UHGV virus genome: UHGV-0122704
DNA length: 43,652 bases
Origin: a virus
Direction: 5' to 3' (one strand)
Shown: piece by piece, positions 33,747 to 42,382 of the stretch
How positions within the stretch are numbered: the first letter of the stretch is position 1
Layout: every line of letters starts with the position of its first letter
Program-made: the position numbers and the translations under genes
Notes under the pieces: model-generated
The model's input: the letters and a program-made list of their open reading frames with translations, nothing else
Database searches by the model: none
Told to the model about the DNA's origin: nothing

Positions 33747-36700
33747 ATGGCTCAGTTTCTGAACCAAGAACCGAATCCACAGGAAAAGGATTCTGCTAAG
33801 GGCGCAACACTTAAACCTGCGCCTGAGCGCGTAGATTGGAACGATGCCGGAGACAACGGCTTAAACGCACTGGAGCGTGCCTCCTTACTGGCGCAGGCCA
33901 AGACCCCAGCTACTACAGCCGGGGAGAGCTTTGCGTCTGGTATGGGTAACAGCATCATCGCCGCAGCTATCCGTAAGGCCTCTGCCCCGGCATTTGACCG
34001 GGACCAGAACTTTAACGCCAAGCAGACTCTGAGCAGCGATACCAGGGCTAAGCTGTATGCTCCGAATCAGGAAGAGATTGAGTACCTGCACGACTCTGTA
34101 TCGGTCGAGGATTACAACTACCGCATGCAGCAGATGCTTGAGCAACGCAACCGTGACCGCTTAATGGCTGACAACACGGTAGCCGGGTTCGCGGGTATGT
34201 TGGTGGGTGATTCTCCGTTCATCCTGGCCCCGATGTCTGCCGCTGGTATTGCTGGCCGCGCAGGCTTAGCTGCACGGACTGCTATCCGCGCTGCTGACGT
34301 AGGCTCCGCATTCTATGCGCAGGACCAACTGGGCCAGTCTGCTGCGGTAACTGCACTGGTAGCGGGCGTAGCTGGGTTGGACCAGCTCTGGGATATGTCT
34401 AGGGCTGCTAAAGCTGCTGCTAAGGCTCGTACTGGGCGTGAGCCTATGTTCGACCCAGAAGCGCCTACAACTCGTACAGCGAGGGACGCTAATGTTACAG
34501 GAGTAGGAGAGGGAGAGGAAATCCTTACTAAGACACTGGATGAAAGCATCCAAGTATCTAGAAACAATACCGCCTCCGTGAACATGAAAGCACAGCACGT
34601 AGTTCAGTTCTTGAAGAAGTCCGAACACTTAACAGCAGGCCAGAAGGCTATTCTGGACACGCTGGGCGATGCTGTAAATGACATTGATTTTAAACTGGTA
34701 GCAGGCTCCGCAAACCGCAGCCGCTACACTTACGCACAGCAAGATTTAGCTAAGCGTGGAGAGGTGTCTCTACGCGCACCTAAGCGAGCTAATGGCAGCA
34801 CATGGACTACAGCAGGGGACGCACTGCGTGCTATGGATGCAGACACAAGCAGGGTAGCCGTGCACGAACTGATTCATGCCGCCACTGCGCGCGCCGTTGA
34901 CAGTAACCCAGAGATTGCTAAGCGCCTGGATGAAGTGCGCGCTGTTATTGCAGCGGACTCCACCTTGACGCCGCGTATGCGGTATTACGCTAGTAATGTG
35001 CACGAGATGCTGGCAGGCTTAGGTGACAGCCCTGAGTGGGTTGAGCATCTGGCGCGGACGAAATCCCCAACCGGTAAGAGCATGCTCCGCCAACTGGGCG
35101 AGTACATCATGAATGCCCTGGGCATCAAGGCCAAAGGTTCTGCCTTGGAAGATGTCTTGGATGCGTACGAGGACGCCGTTAAGTGGACAGCTAAGGATTA
35201 TGCAGACCAAGCCCAGGGCTTCCGTAGTGAAGCCTTCCAGGACCTGGCGGGCAGCACTACCCTAAACGAGGCTAAGGGTGCCCAAGCTATGCTGGATGGC
35301 GCTAAGAAGAAGCTCTCTACTATGTTTGCCCTGTACGATAACATCGCTCAAGGCAATGAAGACTTGGCTAAACTGCTAGTGTCGGATGCGTCCGCAGTAG
35401 GCGGCCGTCGCCCGTCTGTAGTGGACTTCAAGCGCAACCTCACTTTGGAGATGGACGCCAGCGCTAGCGTAGTGGAAGACGCTATCCTGGGCGCGTTGAA
35501 GGATAAGGGTGTAGGTTTCTCTGAGCGCTTCTTCCATCGGAGCAAGTTCCGCGCTGAGCGGGCTGCACTGGAAGACCGCCTGAGCAAGTACCTGGATGCT
35601 GCCTACAGTGCTGATGTAAACGGCCGAGCTGTTCCCGTACCGGATGCAGAGATTGCCCCACTGGTTGACGCCTATCGCCGCTCTGGCTGGGCAGGCAAGT
35701 GGCACGAGCATATGCTCAATGCTGGTCTAGTGGATGATGGTGCGTTGGTTAAATCCGATTACTACTTCCCGCGTCAGTACAGCTACGACAAGATGCGCCA
35801 AGGTATTGCGCAGGGTAACACTCTGGACGACTACCGCGCCCTGTTCAGGTCCGCCCTGCGGGACGTGTACCCGAGCATGGAGTCAGAGGTAGTGCAGCGT
35901 GTTGCAAAGGAGATGGTTGACGGTATCTACAACGGCCGTGCAGGGCAGTCCGGCCCGATGTGGAAGCAGCTGATTAACGGCATGGGTAACGACGAGGTCG
36001 TTATGGCTATGCGTAGCGCTGGTGTAGATGAATCTGCAATCCAGAGTTTCCTGGCTGGTAACGTACGCGAATCCGGTAGCACATCCCCTGCGCGGAACCT
36101 GCGTCAGCGTACTCGGTTCAACATGGACAAAGAGTATCTGGTGAACGGTAAGAGCATGCGCATGCAGGACCTGATGGATACTGATGTAGCCAAGGTTATG
36201 CACGGGTACACTAACCGTATGTCTGGGCGTGTAGGCATGGCCTATGCAGGCGTACAGGACCTGGGCCAGCTAGCTAAGATGATTGATGAGTCTAAGCACG
36301 CACTGGCGGATTCCGCTAAGTGGGAGAAGACAGTCAATGACACCATCGACTTTATCCTGGGTGGGGCGCCTGCTGACGCCGGACAGCTTCCGGATTTGCT
36401 GCGTGCAGCCGGGAACATGGCTAACGCCACCATGCTTAAGAACTCCGGCCTGTATCAGCTGACTGACACTGCCCTGGCTATGAAGGAGTTCGGTATGGCT
36501 AGAGTGCTGCGTAGTATGCGTGACCAGCCTTGGTTCAAGGAAGGTGCCGTAGCTATCAAGACTCCGGATATGGCTACCCGTCTAGACACTGTACTGCGAG
36601 GTAATATCCAGAAGGAGATGCGCTTCCGCTGGTTGAATACGTACGCCGACGATAACCTGGACCTGACCCGTCAGGCCTCTTGGTTCAATGTAACCCAGAA

Positions 36701-37445
36701 CGTTGGGCAGGCTGCGCGTCACGTCAACGGTATGAGCATGGTGCACCGGCTGCAGGTTAACCTGAACTCCGGCATTGTGGCGGATGAGCTTACCCAGATG
36801 TTCAAGGGTGATGCTGCGGCGTTTAAGCGTCTGGAGCGTTTCGGGCTTACCCGCGACGTTGCTGACCGTGCCATCGCTGCCAACAAAGCCAACCCGGGCG
36901 CCATGTTCCAGCCGGACCTGCAAATGCAAGTTGAGGTTGTAGGGACGCGTATGATGGACTACCTGGTACAGCAGGTTCGTACTGGAGAGACCTCACACTT
37001 TGCACAGTTCAACCCTATCGGCAAAGTCATTGTAGGGTACCAGAGCTTCGCACTGGCCGCCACTAACAAGATTCTGCGTAGGGAGCTGAGCGACGCTGGG
37101 TGGATTGGCGTAGCCCATATTATGGCGTATCAATTCCCGCTGATGCTACTGGCTACTATGGCTAAGCACGGTATGGATGGGAAGGACGTAGACACCCAGA
37201 AACTCATCGGTGAGTCCGTGATGGGTATGAGTGCCATTGGCGGTGTATCCTTACTACAGGATATCTTCCTGGGGGATTCTCCCCGTCACTCATTGGCATC
37301 TATGGGTTACGTCACAGGACTACTTGGGGCTGTGCAGGACCTGGCTACCGGTAATATGGATATCAAGACCTTCACTAAGCAGGTGCCGTTAATCCAGGAA
37401 TTCGCACCTACGCGAGCTATCATCAATAACTTCGGAGACGATTAA
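33747..37445 (+). CDS. Internal virion (core / ejectosome) protein, gp16-like
   Basis: 1232 aa, the largest ORF, at the position of T7 gp16; RBS AGGAG. Confidence 0.75.
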   Translation: MAQFLNQEPNPQEKDSAKGATLKPAPERVDWNDAGDNGLNALERASLLAQAKTPATTAGESFASGMGNSIIAAAIRKASAPAFDRDQNFNAKQTLSSDTRAKLYAPNQEEIEYLHDSVSVEDYNYRMQQMLEQRNRDRLMADNTVAGFAGMLVGDSPFILAPMSAAGIAGRAGLAARTAIRAADVGSAFYAQDQLGQSAAVTALVAGVAGLDQLWDMSRAAKAAAKARTGREPMFDPEAPTTRTARDANVTGVGEGEEILTKTLDESIQVSRNNTASVNMKAQHVVQFLKKSEHLTAGQKAILDTLGDAVNDIDFKLVAGSANRSRYTYAQQDLAKRGEVSLRAPKRANGSTWTTAGDALRAMDADTSRVAVHELIHAATARAVDSNPEIAKRLDEVRAVIAADSTLTPRMRYYASNVHEMLAGLGDSPEWVEHLARTKSPTGKSMLRQLGEYIMNALGIKAKGSALEDVLDAYEDAVKWTAKDYADQAQGFRSEAFQDLAGSTTLNEAKGAQAMLDGAKKKLSTMFALYDNIAQGNEDLAKLLVSDASAVGGRRPSVVDFKRNLTLEMDASASVVEDAILGALKDKGVGFSERFFHRSKFRAERAALEDRLSKYLDAAYSADVNGRAVPVPDAEIAPLVDAYRRSGWAGKWHEHMLNAGLVDDGALVKSDYYFPRQYSYDKMRQGIAQGNTLDDYRALFRSALRDVYPSMESEVVQRVAKEMVDGIYNGRAGQSGPMWKQLINGMGNDEVVMAMRSAGVDESAIQSFLAGNVRESGSTSPARNLRQRTRFNMDKEYLVNGKSMRMQDLMDTDVAKVMHGYTNRMSGRVGMAYAGVQDLGQLAKMIDESKHALADSAKWEKTVNDTIDFILGGAPADAGQLPDLLRAAGNMANATMLKNSGLYQLTDTALAMKEFGMARVLRSMRDQPWFKEGAVAIKTPDMATRLDTVLRGNIQKEMRFRWLNTYADDNLDLTRQASWFNVTQNVGQAARHVNGMSMVHRLQVNLNSGIVADELTQMFKGDAAAFKRLERFGLTRDVADRAIAANKANPGAMFQPDLQMQVEVVGTRMMDYLVQQVRTGETSHFAQFNPIGKVIVGYQSFALAATNKILRRELSDAGWIGVAHIMAYQFPLMLLATMAKHGMDGKDVDTQKLIGESVMGMSAIGGVSLLQDIFLGDSPRHSLASMGYVTGLLGAVQDLATGNMDIKTFTKQVPLIQEFAPTRAIINNFGDD
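34490..34508 (+). promoter_or_regulatory. Copy C of conserved 19-bp motif TAATGTTACAGGAGTAGGA, inside the gp16-like gene
   Basis: Exact 19-mer identical to 22582..22600; lies in-frame within the coding sequence (encodes ...ANVTGVGEGEE...). Confidence 0.6.
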
Positions 37446-37446
37446 T

Positions 37447-38403
37447 ATGGCATACAGCTGGCAAGAACAAATCAAGCCAGCTGGTACCCAGGATATCCAG
37501 TGCGATATTGAATATTTGGACAAGTCCTATATTCATGTATACCTAGACGGTGTGGAAACCACTGGGTACACCTGGACCAGCTCTACTAATATCAGGCTTA
37601 ATTCGGCCTTAGCGGCAAGCACTACTGTGCTACTAATCCGTAAGACAGAGCGAGAGTATCTGTACATTGAGTTCGCCAGTGGTTCTCCGTTCATTGAGGT
37701 AAACGTAGACTCCCAAAACACGCAGTTCCTGCACCTTGCGCAGGAACTAGTGGAGGGCCGGGCTATACCCGGATTCTATGGCGCTATCAGCATGAACGGG
37801 TACCGGATAACCAACTTAGCCAACCCAATCAGTGCCCAAGATGCCGCCACTAAGGCTTATGTAGATGCCGCCGATGCCTTACTAGGACAGCGCATTGACG
37901 CAGAGCATTCGGGGTGGGTATCCGCTGTACAGGCCGAAGCCGTTACACGGAAGGCAGCAGATGACGCGCTGAGTGCCCGTACCTCCGCCTTGGAGAACAC
38001 CTTTATAAGCGGTGTAGAGACGGTAAGCTACCCGTGGAGCACGGTCCTGGCCACTGATACGGACGAAGTAACTCCAGGCTTAGCCTTCACTAAGGCTGTA
38101 GTAGAGGTTAACGGGGTTGGGCAGATTCGTGGCTACAGTTTCGATATTGTAGATAATACCATACTGTTTGCAGAGACCTTACCTGCAGGCACTATTGTAG
38201 CCGCTCGGCTGGGGGTTGATGTAACTGCGGGGGACGGTTTTGCTACGCAAGCATCCCTAGATTACTTAGCCGACTCTTTGGGAGATTTGGCGTATCTGGA
38301 CAAGGCTGCAGCTGTATCCAACGCAACCGGCACCGGGGATGTAGTGGCTAAATTTAACGCACTGCTGGCAGCGCTACGCACCAGTGGGGTGCTGTCTACA
38401 TGA
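37447..38403 (+). CDS. Tail fibre / adaptor protein with T7 gp17-like N-terminal domain
   Basis: MNGYRITNLANPISAQDAATKAYVD parallels T7 gp17 GRRIVNLANAVDDRDAVPFGQL. At 318 aa it is short, consistent with an anchor for a second receptor-binding protein. Confidence 0.8.
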   Translation: MAYSWQEQIKPAGTQDIQCDIEYLDKSYIHVYLDGVETTGYTWTSSTNIRLNSALAASTTVLLIRKTEREYLYIEFASGSPFIEVNVDSQNTQFLHLAQELVEGRAIPGFYGAISMNGYRITNLANPISAQDAATKAYVDAADALLGQRIDAEHSGWVSAVQAEAVTRKAADDALSARTSALENTFISGVETVSYPWSTVLATDTDEVTPGLAFTKAVVEVNGVGQIRGYSFDIVDNTILFAETLPAGTIVAARLGVDVTAGDGFATQASLDYLADSLGDLAYLDKAAAVSNATGTGDVVAKFNALLAALRTSGVLST

Positions 38404-38415
38404 TAGGAGAAGAGC

Positions 38416-38718
38416 ATGGCAGGGGCAGCTAAACGCAGTCGCCTCTCGGAGCTGCACCGTATGTTCACCGAGGCCTTGATTGAAGAAATCAAGCAGTCTA
38501 AGGAAGATGAGGTGCCGCTCCCCGCAGCAGATAAATCGGTCATTGCTAAGTTCTTGAAGGATAACGACATCACCGCGGACGCAGATTCCGAGGAGATGCA
38601 GGACCTTCGTGACGAATTCGATGACGAGCTAGCGGCGCGCAGAGAGGCGCGTAAGCAAGAGATTCTAAATAAAGTTGGTGGTTCAGACTCTGAGGACTTA
38701 CTAGAAGGAATTGTCTAA
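38416..38718 (+). CDS. Terminase small subunit (T7 gp18-like)
   Basis: 100-aa acidic protein directly upstream of the large terminase; RBS AGGAGAAG. Confidence 0.7.
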   Translation: MAGAAKRSRLSELHRMFTEALIEEIKQSKEDEVPLPAADKSVIAKFLKDNDITADADSEEMQDLRDEFDDELAARREARKQEILNKVGGSDSEDLLEGIV

Positions 38719-40574
38719 TGGTATCGGTGAAGACTGCGCGAAGACTGCGCATGCTCAACCAGAAACTTACTGGTTATAGTGCGAATCCGCGCAGTATTCC
38801 CAAAGAGGAGCGCGAGGATATCGCGATGATGATGGCCGCGGCGCTAAGCGACTTCCGGGAATTCGCGTACATCGGTATGCGGTTCCTGGGCTTTACGCTC
38901 ACGGACATGCAGGCCGACATTGCAGAGTACATGCAGAAGGGCCCCCGGAAGCGCATGGTGGCCGCGCAGCGTGGTGAGGCTAAGTCTACACTAGCTGCAC
39001 TGTACGCCGTCTGGAGGCTCATCCAGGACCAATCCTGCCGTATCCTGATTGTGTCCGGTGCAGAGAAGCAGGCGTCCGACGTAGCGAACTTAATCATTCG
39101 TATGATTGAGACATGGCCGCTGCTGTGCTATTTGAAGGCTGATCCTACTCGTGGGGACCGTACTTCATTCGAAGGTTATGACGTACACTGTGACCTCAAG
39201 CCGCTGGAGAAATCCGCCAGCGTAGCCTGTGTAGGTATCACTGCATCCCTGCAGGGTAAGCGCGCGGACCTGCTGATTCCGGATGATATCGAGACCACCA
39301 AGAATGGTTTAACGCAAACCCAGCGTGAGCAGCTGCTGATGATTTCTAAAGACTTCGCGGCTATCTGTACGCACGGGGATACGCTGTACCTGGGTACACC
39401 ACAGACCAAGGACAGTATCTATAAAACCCTGCCGGGACGTGGCTTCGAGGTCCGCGTGTGGCCCGGGCGCATTCCGTCTGTTGAAATGGAAGAGCGATAT
39501 GGAAGTACACTTGCTCCTTATATCCTGGAGCTTATTGAGCGCGGCTATAAACGCACCGGCTTCGGAGTCGACGGAACGCTAGGCGAGAGCACGGACACCG
39601 GGCGCTATGACGAGGATGCGCTGATTGAGAAGGAGCTGGACTTTGGTCCGGAAGGCTTCCAGCTGCAGTACATGCTCGACACCACCCTGTCCGACCAAAT
39701 GCGTACGCGCATCAAGCTATCGGATATGCTGGTTTACTCTGGCAGCCAGGATTCCTCCCCGGAGACGTTCTCCTACATTGCGGACCGCAGGTACCTGTAC
39801 CAGCACGAGCATGAGGGGATTATGGGTCAGCAGATGTACTTCCCGGCATTCTACGGGGACATGCACCTGCCGTACCAGCATAAGGTACTGGTGGTGGACC
39901 CGGCTGGTTGTGGTGGGGACGAAGTGTCCTACGCTGCTGGAGGTGCTGCGAACTCGTACATTCACCTATTCTCCGTAGGCGGATTCCAAGGAGGTATCAG
40001 CGAAGAGAACATTGATAAACTGATTGACCTGTGTGTAGAGTTGGACATCCCGGATATGGTGGTGGAGAGCAATATGGGGCACGGTACCGTGTCTATGCTT
40101 ATCCTGAACCGATTACGTGAGCGGCGTCTCGCCGGTATCGGTGTAAGGGACCTGAATAACTCCACGCAGAAAGAGCGTCGTATCATCGACACAATCAGCC
40201 CAGTTACTCGTCGCCATCGCCTGATAGTGCATGAGCGTGCTATTCACGACGATATCAGTACCTGTATGGCATATTCCCGCGATAGGCGTTGGCTGTACTC
40301 TGCGTTCGCGCAGTTGTCCGGTATCACGTACGACCGCGGTAGCCTTGCGAAGGATGACCGGGCAGACGCAATCGCCATGATGGTGGCTACGCTGAATGGG
40401 CATCTGGTGGAAGATGAGAAAGTGGTGGCTGAGCGTGAGTCTGAGAAGATGGCTCGGGCCTTCATTGAGAACCCACTGGATTGGGCACAGAGCAAAGTGT
40501 CTAAGGGCCTTCGTGGTGTAGCTGCTCGGCTACATAACCGGGGCAGAGGTAAACAACATAGAGGAAGAAGATAA
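38718..40574 (+). CDS. Terminase large subunit (T7 gp19-like)
   Basis: 618 aa at the gp19 position; call is by synteny and size. Confidence 0.8.
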   Translation: MVSVKTARRLRMLNQKLTGYSANPRSIPKEEREDIAMMMAAALSDFREFAYIGMRFLGFTLTDMQADIAEYMQKGPRKRMVAAQRGEAKSTLAALYAVWRLIQDQSCRILIVSGAEKQASDVANLIIRMIETWPLLCYLKADPTRGDRTSFEGYDVHCDLKPLEKSASVACVGITASLQGKRADLLIPDDIETTKNGLTQTQREQLLMISKDFAAICTHGDTLYLGTPQTKDSIYKTLPGRGFEVRVWPGRIPSVEMEERYGSTLAPYILELIERGYKRTGFGVDGTLGESTDTGRYDEDALIEKELDFGPEGFQLQYMLDTTLSDQMRTRIKLSDMLVYSGSQDSSPETFSYIADRRYLYQHEHEGIMGQQMYFPAFYGDMHLPYQHKVLVVDPAGCGGDEVSYAAGGAANSYIHLFSVGGFQGGISEENIDKLIDLCVELDIPDMVVESNMGHGTVSMLILNRLRERRLAGIGVRDLNNSTQKERRIIDTISPVTRRHRLIVHERAIHDDISTCMAYSRDRRWLYSAFAQLSGITYDRGSLAKDDRADAIAMMVATLNGHLVEDEKVVAERESEKMARAFIENPLDWAQSKVSKGLRGVAARLHNRGRGKQHRGRR

Positions 40575-40948
40575 TGGCATCAATCATCGCAGCTAAAACT
40601 GCGGACGTCCAGTACGCCATTGTAGGCACGTGCCAGAACCTGGAGAAGCAGGTGCAGCCGGACTACAACGTAGGCTTCGTAGGTACGACTGCCCTGACTA
40701 AGCTGAACGCGTTCTTCACGTACATGCAGTCCCAGGGCTATACGGCTACCCGTGCCGGTACAGCCTTTAAGGATGACGGTACGCTGCAGGCGCGCCTGTT
40801 CAGCATGCTGTCACAGCTCTCTAAGACCGGCTACGTTGCCCTTACAGGTACAGGTATGCCGCTCGGTGAGGGCTCCGGTACAGCGTTTGATGATTCGTTC
40901 ACTGCACTGCAGAGTGCATTCGTAGCCGCCACTGATGCGGCAGAATAA
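40574..40948 (+). CDS. Hypothetical protein (124 aa)
   Basis: Start overlaps the terminase stop; soluble Thr/Ala/Gly-rich protein. Confidence 0.55.
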   Translation: MASIIAAKTADVQYAIVGTCQNLEKQVQPDYNVGFVGTTALTKLNAFFTYMQSQGYTATRAGTAFKDDGTLQARLFSMLSQLSKTGYVALTGTGMPLGEGSGTAFDDSFTALQSAFVAATDAAE

Positions 40949-40959
40949 GGAGAGTACAC

Positions 40960-41142
40960 ATGGCAATTGCAAAAGCAACCTCAGCGCAACAGCAGGAGCT
41001 GTTGCGTCAGCTGAACATTCTCGGTAAGGACCTGTATGCTATCCTTACGCAGCCGCAGAACGTGGCCCAGACTGGTGCTGCCTTCGATACCAAGATTGCT
41101 GCGCTTGAAGCCGCGGTGGCCGCAGTGGAGGCTGCTAGCTAA
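40960..41142 (+). CDS. Hypothetical protein (60 aa)
   Basis: RBS AAGGAGAG; Ala/Gln-rich, helical. Confidence 0.5.
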   Translation: MAIAKATSAQQQELLRQLNILGKDLYAILTQPQNVAQTGAAFDTKIAALEAAVAAVEAAS

Positions 41143-41546
41143 TGCGTAAACTGGTCGCTGGGTTGCTGCTCGCGGTTACTCTGACTGGTTGCTCGGCGAC
41201 CTCTGCACTCACCGGCTTAGTTGGTTCTAAGCCGGATGTATCTGCTCAGGTTGGTGCCGAGAACACCAAACAAACCGTTGGCTTGAATAACAAGGTGGAC
41301 TCCAGCACCACCAACAAAACTGATGTACAGGATTCTAACGTAGGCACTTTGGACACGTCCAGTAAGAAGCAGGTGCAAACTATTAGCACCGGGACAATCC
41401 AGGCAGAACGCCTGCAGGTGGTTAACAATGATAGTTACAGTCTTATCCTCGCCGGATTAGCTGGGGCCAGTATTCCTCTGGTCTTCCTAGTGGTCATTCT
41501 GGTGATTCGTAAGCTGTTCAGGAAGAAGGGGCAGCAGGATGATTAA
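41142..41546 (+). CDS. Putative unimolecular spanin (N-terminal lipoprotein signal + C-terminal TMD)
   Basis: N-terminus MRKLVAGLLLAVTLTGCS has a signal peptide with lipobox LTGC; C-terminus LILAGLAGASIPLVFLVVILVIRKLFRKK is a TM helix with a basic tail. Sits in the lysis cassette. Confidence 0.7.
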   Translation: MRKLVAGLLLAVTLTGCSATSALTGLVGSKPDVSAQVGAENTKQTVGLNNKVDSSTTNKTDVQDSNVGTLDTSSKKQVQTISTGTIQAERLQVVNNDSYSLILAGLAGASIPLVFLVVILVIRKLFRKKGQQDD

Positions 41547-41790
41547 GGTGGGAGACATGGTTGGAGCAGACATCGCTACCCGGGCAGGTGCAGCAGTTAC
41601 CGGCGCTACGGTATCAGGAGGTTGGTTGGCAGAGTTAATGAGCTGGAACTGGAGCACTATCAGCTTCATCACTGCGACGGTGTGCGCAGTGTTAACCCTG
41701 GCGTGGAATGCGTATTACAAGCGACGTACATTCAAGCTCCTAGAGGAGCAGGCACGTAAGGGGACTATTAAATATGAGTTTAAGGACTAA
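41539..41790 (+). CDS. Holin (two predicted TMDs; pinholin-like)
   Basis: 83 aa with two hydrophobic segments (AAVTGATVSGGWLAELM and STISFITATVCAVLTLAWNAYY) and a charged C-terminus; immediately upstream of the endolysin. Alternative start ATG 41557. Confidence 0.7.
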   Translation: MIKVGDMVGADIATRAGAAVTGATVSGGWLAELMSWNWSTISFITATVCAVLTLAWNAYYKRRTFKLLEEQARKGTIKYEFKD

Positions 41791-42382
41791 GGTTGTGGCG
41801 GCCCTTACGGGGGCCACCATGCTCGGCGGCGCTATCACTGGAGTGATTAAGCATAACGAAGGTCTAAGCCTCCCCGCCTATAGGGACAGTGCCGGTGTCC
41901 CTACCATCTGCTATGGCGAGACAAAGGGCGTCAAGATGGGCCAGAGAGCCACGCTGAGCGATTGTCAGAAGCAACTGATACAATCAGCAGGGGAACACGC
42001 AAAAGCCCTTGACGGGCTTCCTATGCAGCTCTCTGATGTAGCTCTGGTTGGGTCTATAGACTTTATTTATAACGTAGGAGTAGCTGGCTTCAACGGCAGC
42101 TCCGTGAAGCGGCATCTCAAGAACCTGGATTACGCAGCAGCTGGAAAGGCCGTACTGGACTGGCGCTATATTAGCAAGTACCAGCAGAAATCCCCGGGCA
42201 TCGGTTGGGTGTACAAGGGTAGCAACCGCTGGACCTTCGACTGTTCTCAGTATATTAACGGGCAGCGCAATAAAGTGTGCTGGGGCCTATGGGGGCGCAG
42301 ACAGTGGCAGAGCAAGGCCATTGGGAATCAGTATAAGAATGTAAATGCTGCGGTGGCAGCTCTTACTAAGACCGGAGGATAA
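41774..42382 (+). CDS. Endolysin, GH24 (T4-lysozyme-like) muramidase with N-terminal SAR domain
   Basis: Gly/Ala-rich weakly hydrophobic N-terminus VVAALTGATMLGGAITGVI followed by catalytic E-x8-D-x5-T (NEGLSLPAYRDSAGVPTICYGET). Confidence 0.85.
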   Translation: MSLRTKVVAALTGATMLGGAITGVIKHNEGLSLPAYRDSAGVPTICYGETKGVKMGQRATLSDCQKQLIQSAGEHAKALDGLPMQLSDVALVGSIDFIYNVGVAGFNGSSVKRHLKNLDYAAAGKAVLDWRYISKYQQKSPGIGWVYKGSNRWTFDCSQYINGQRNKVCWGLWGRRQWQSKAIGNQYKNVNAAVAALTKTGG

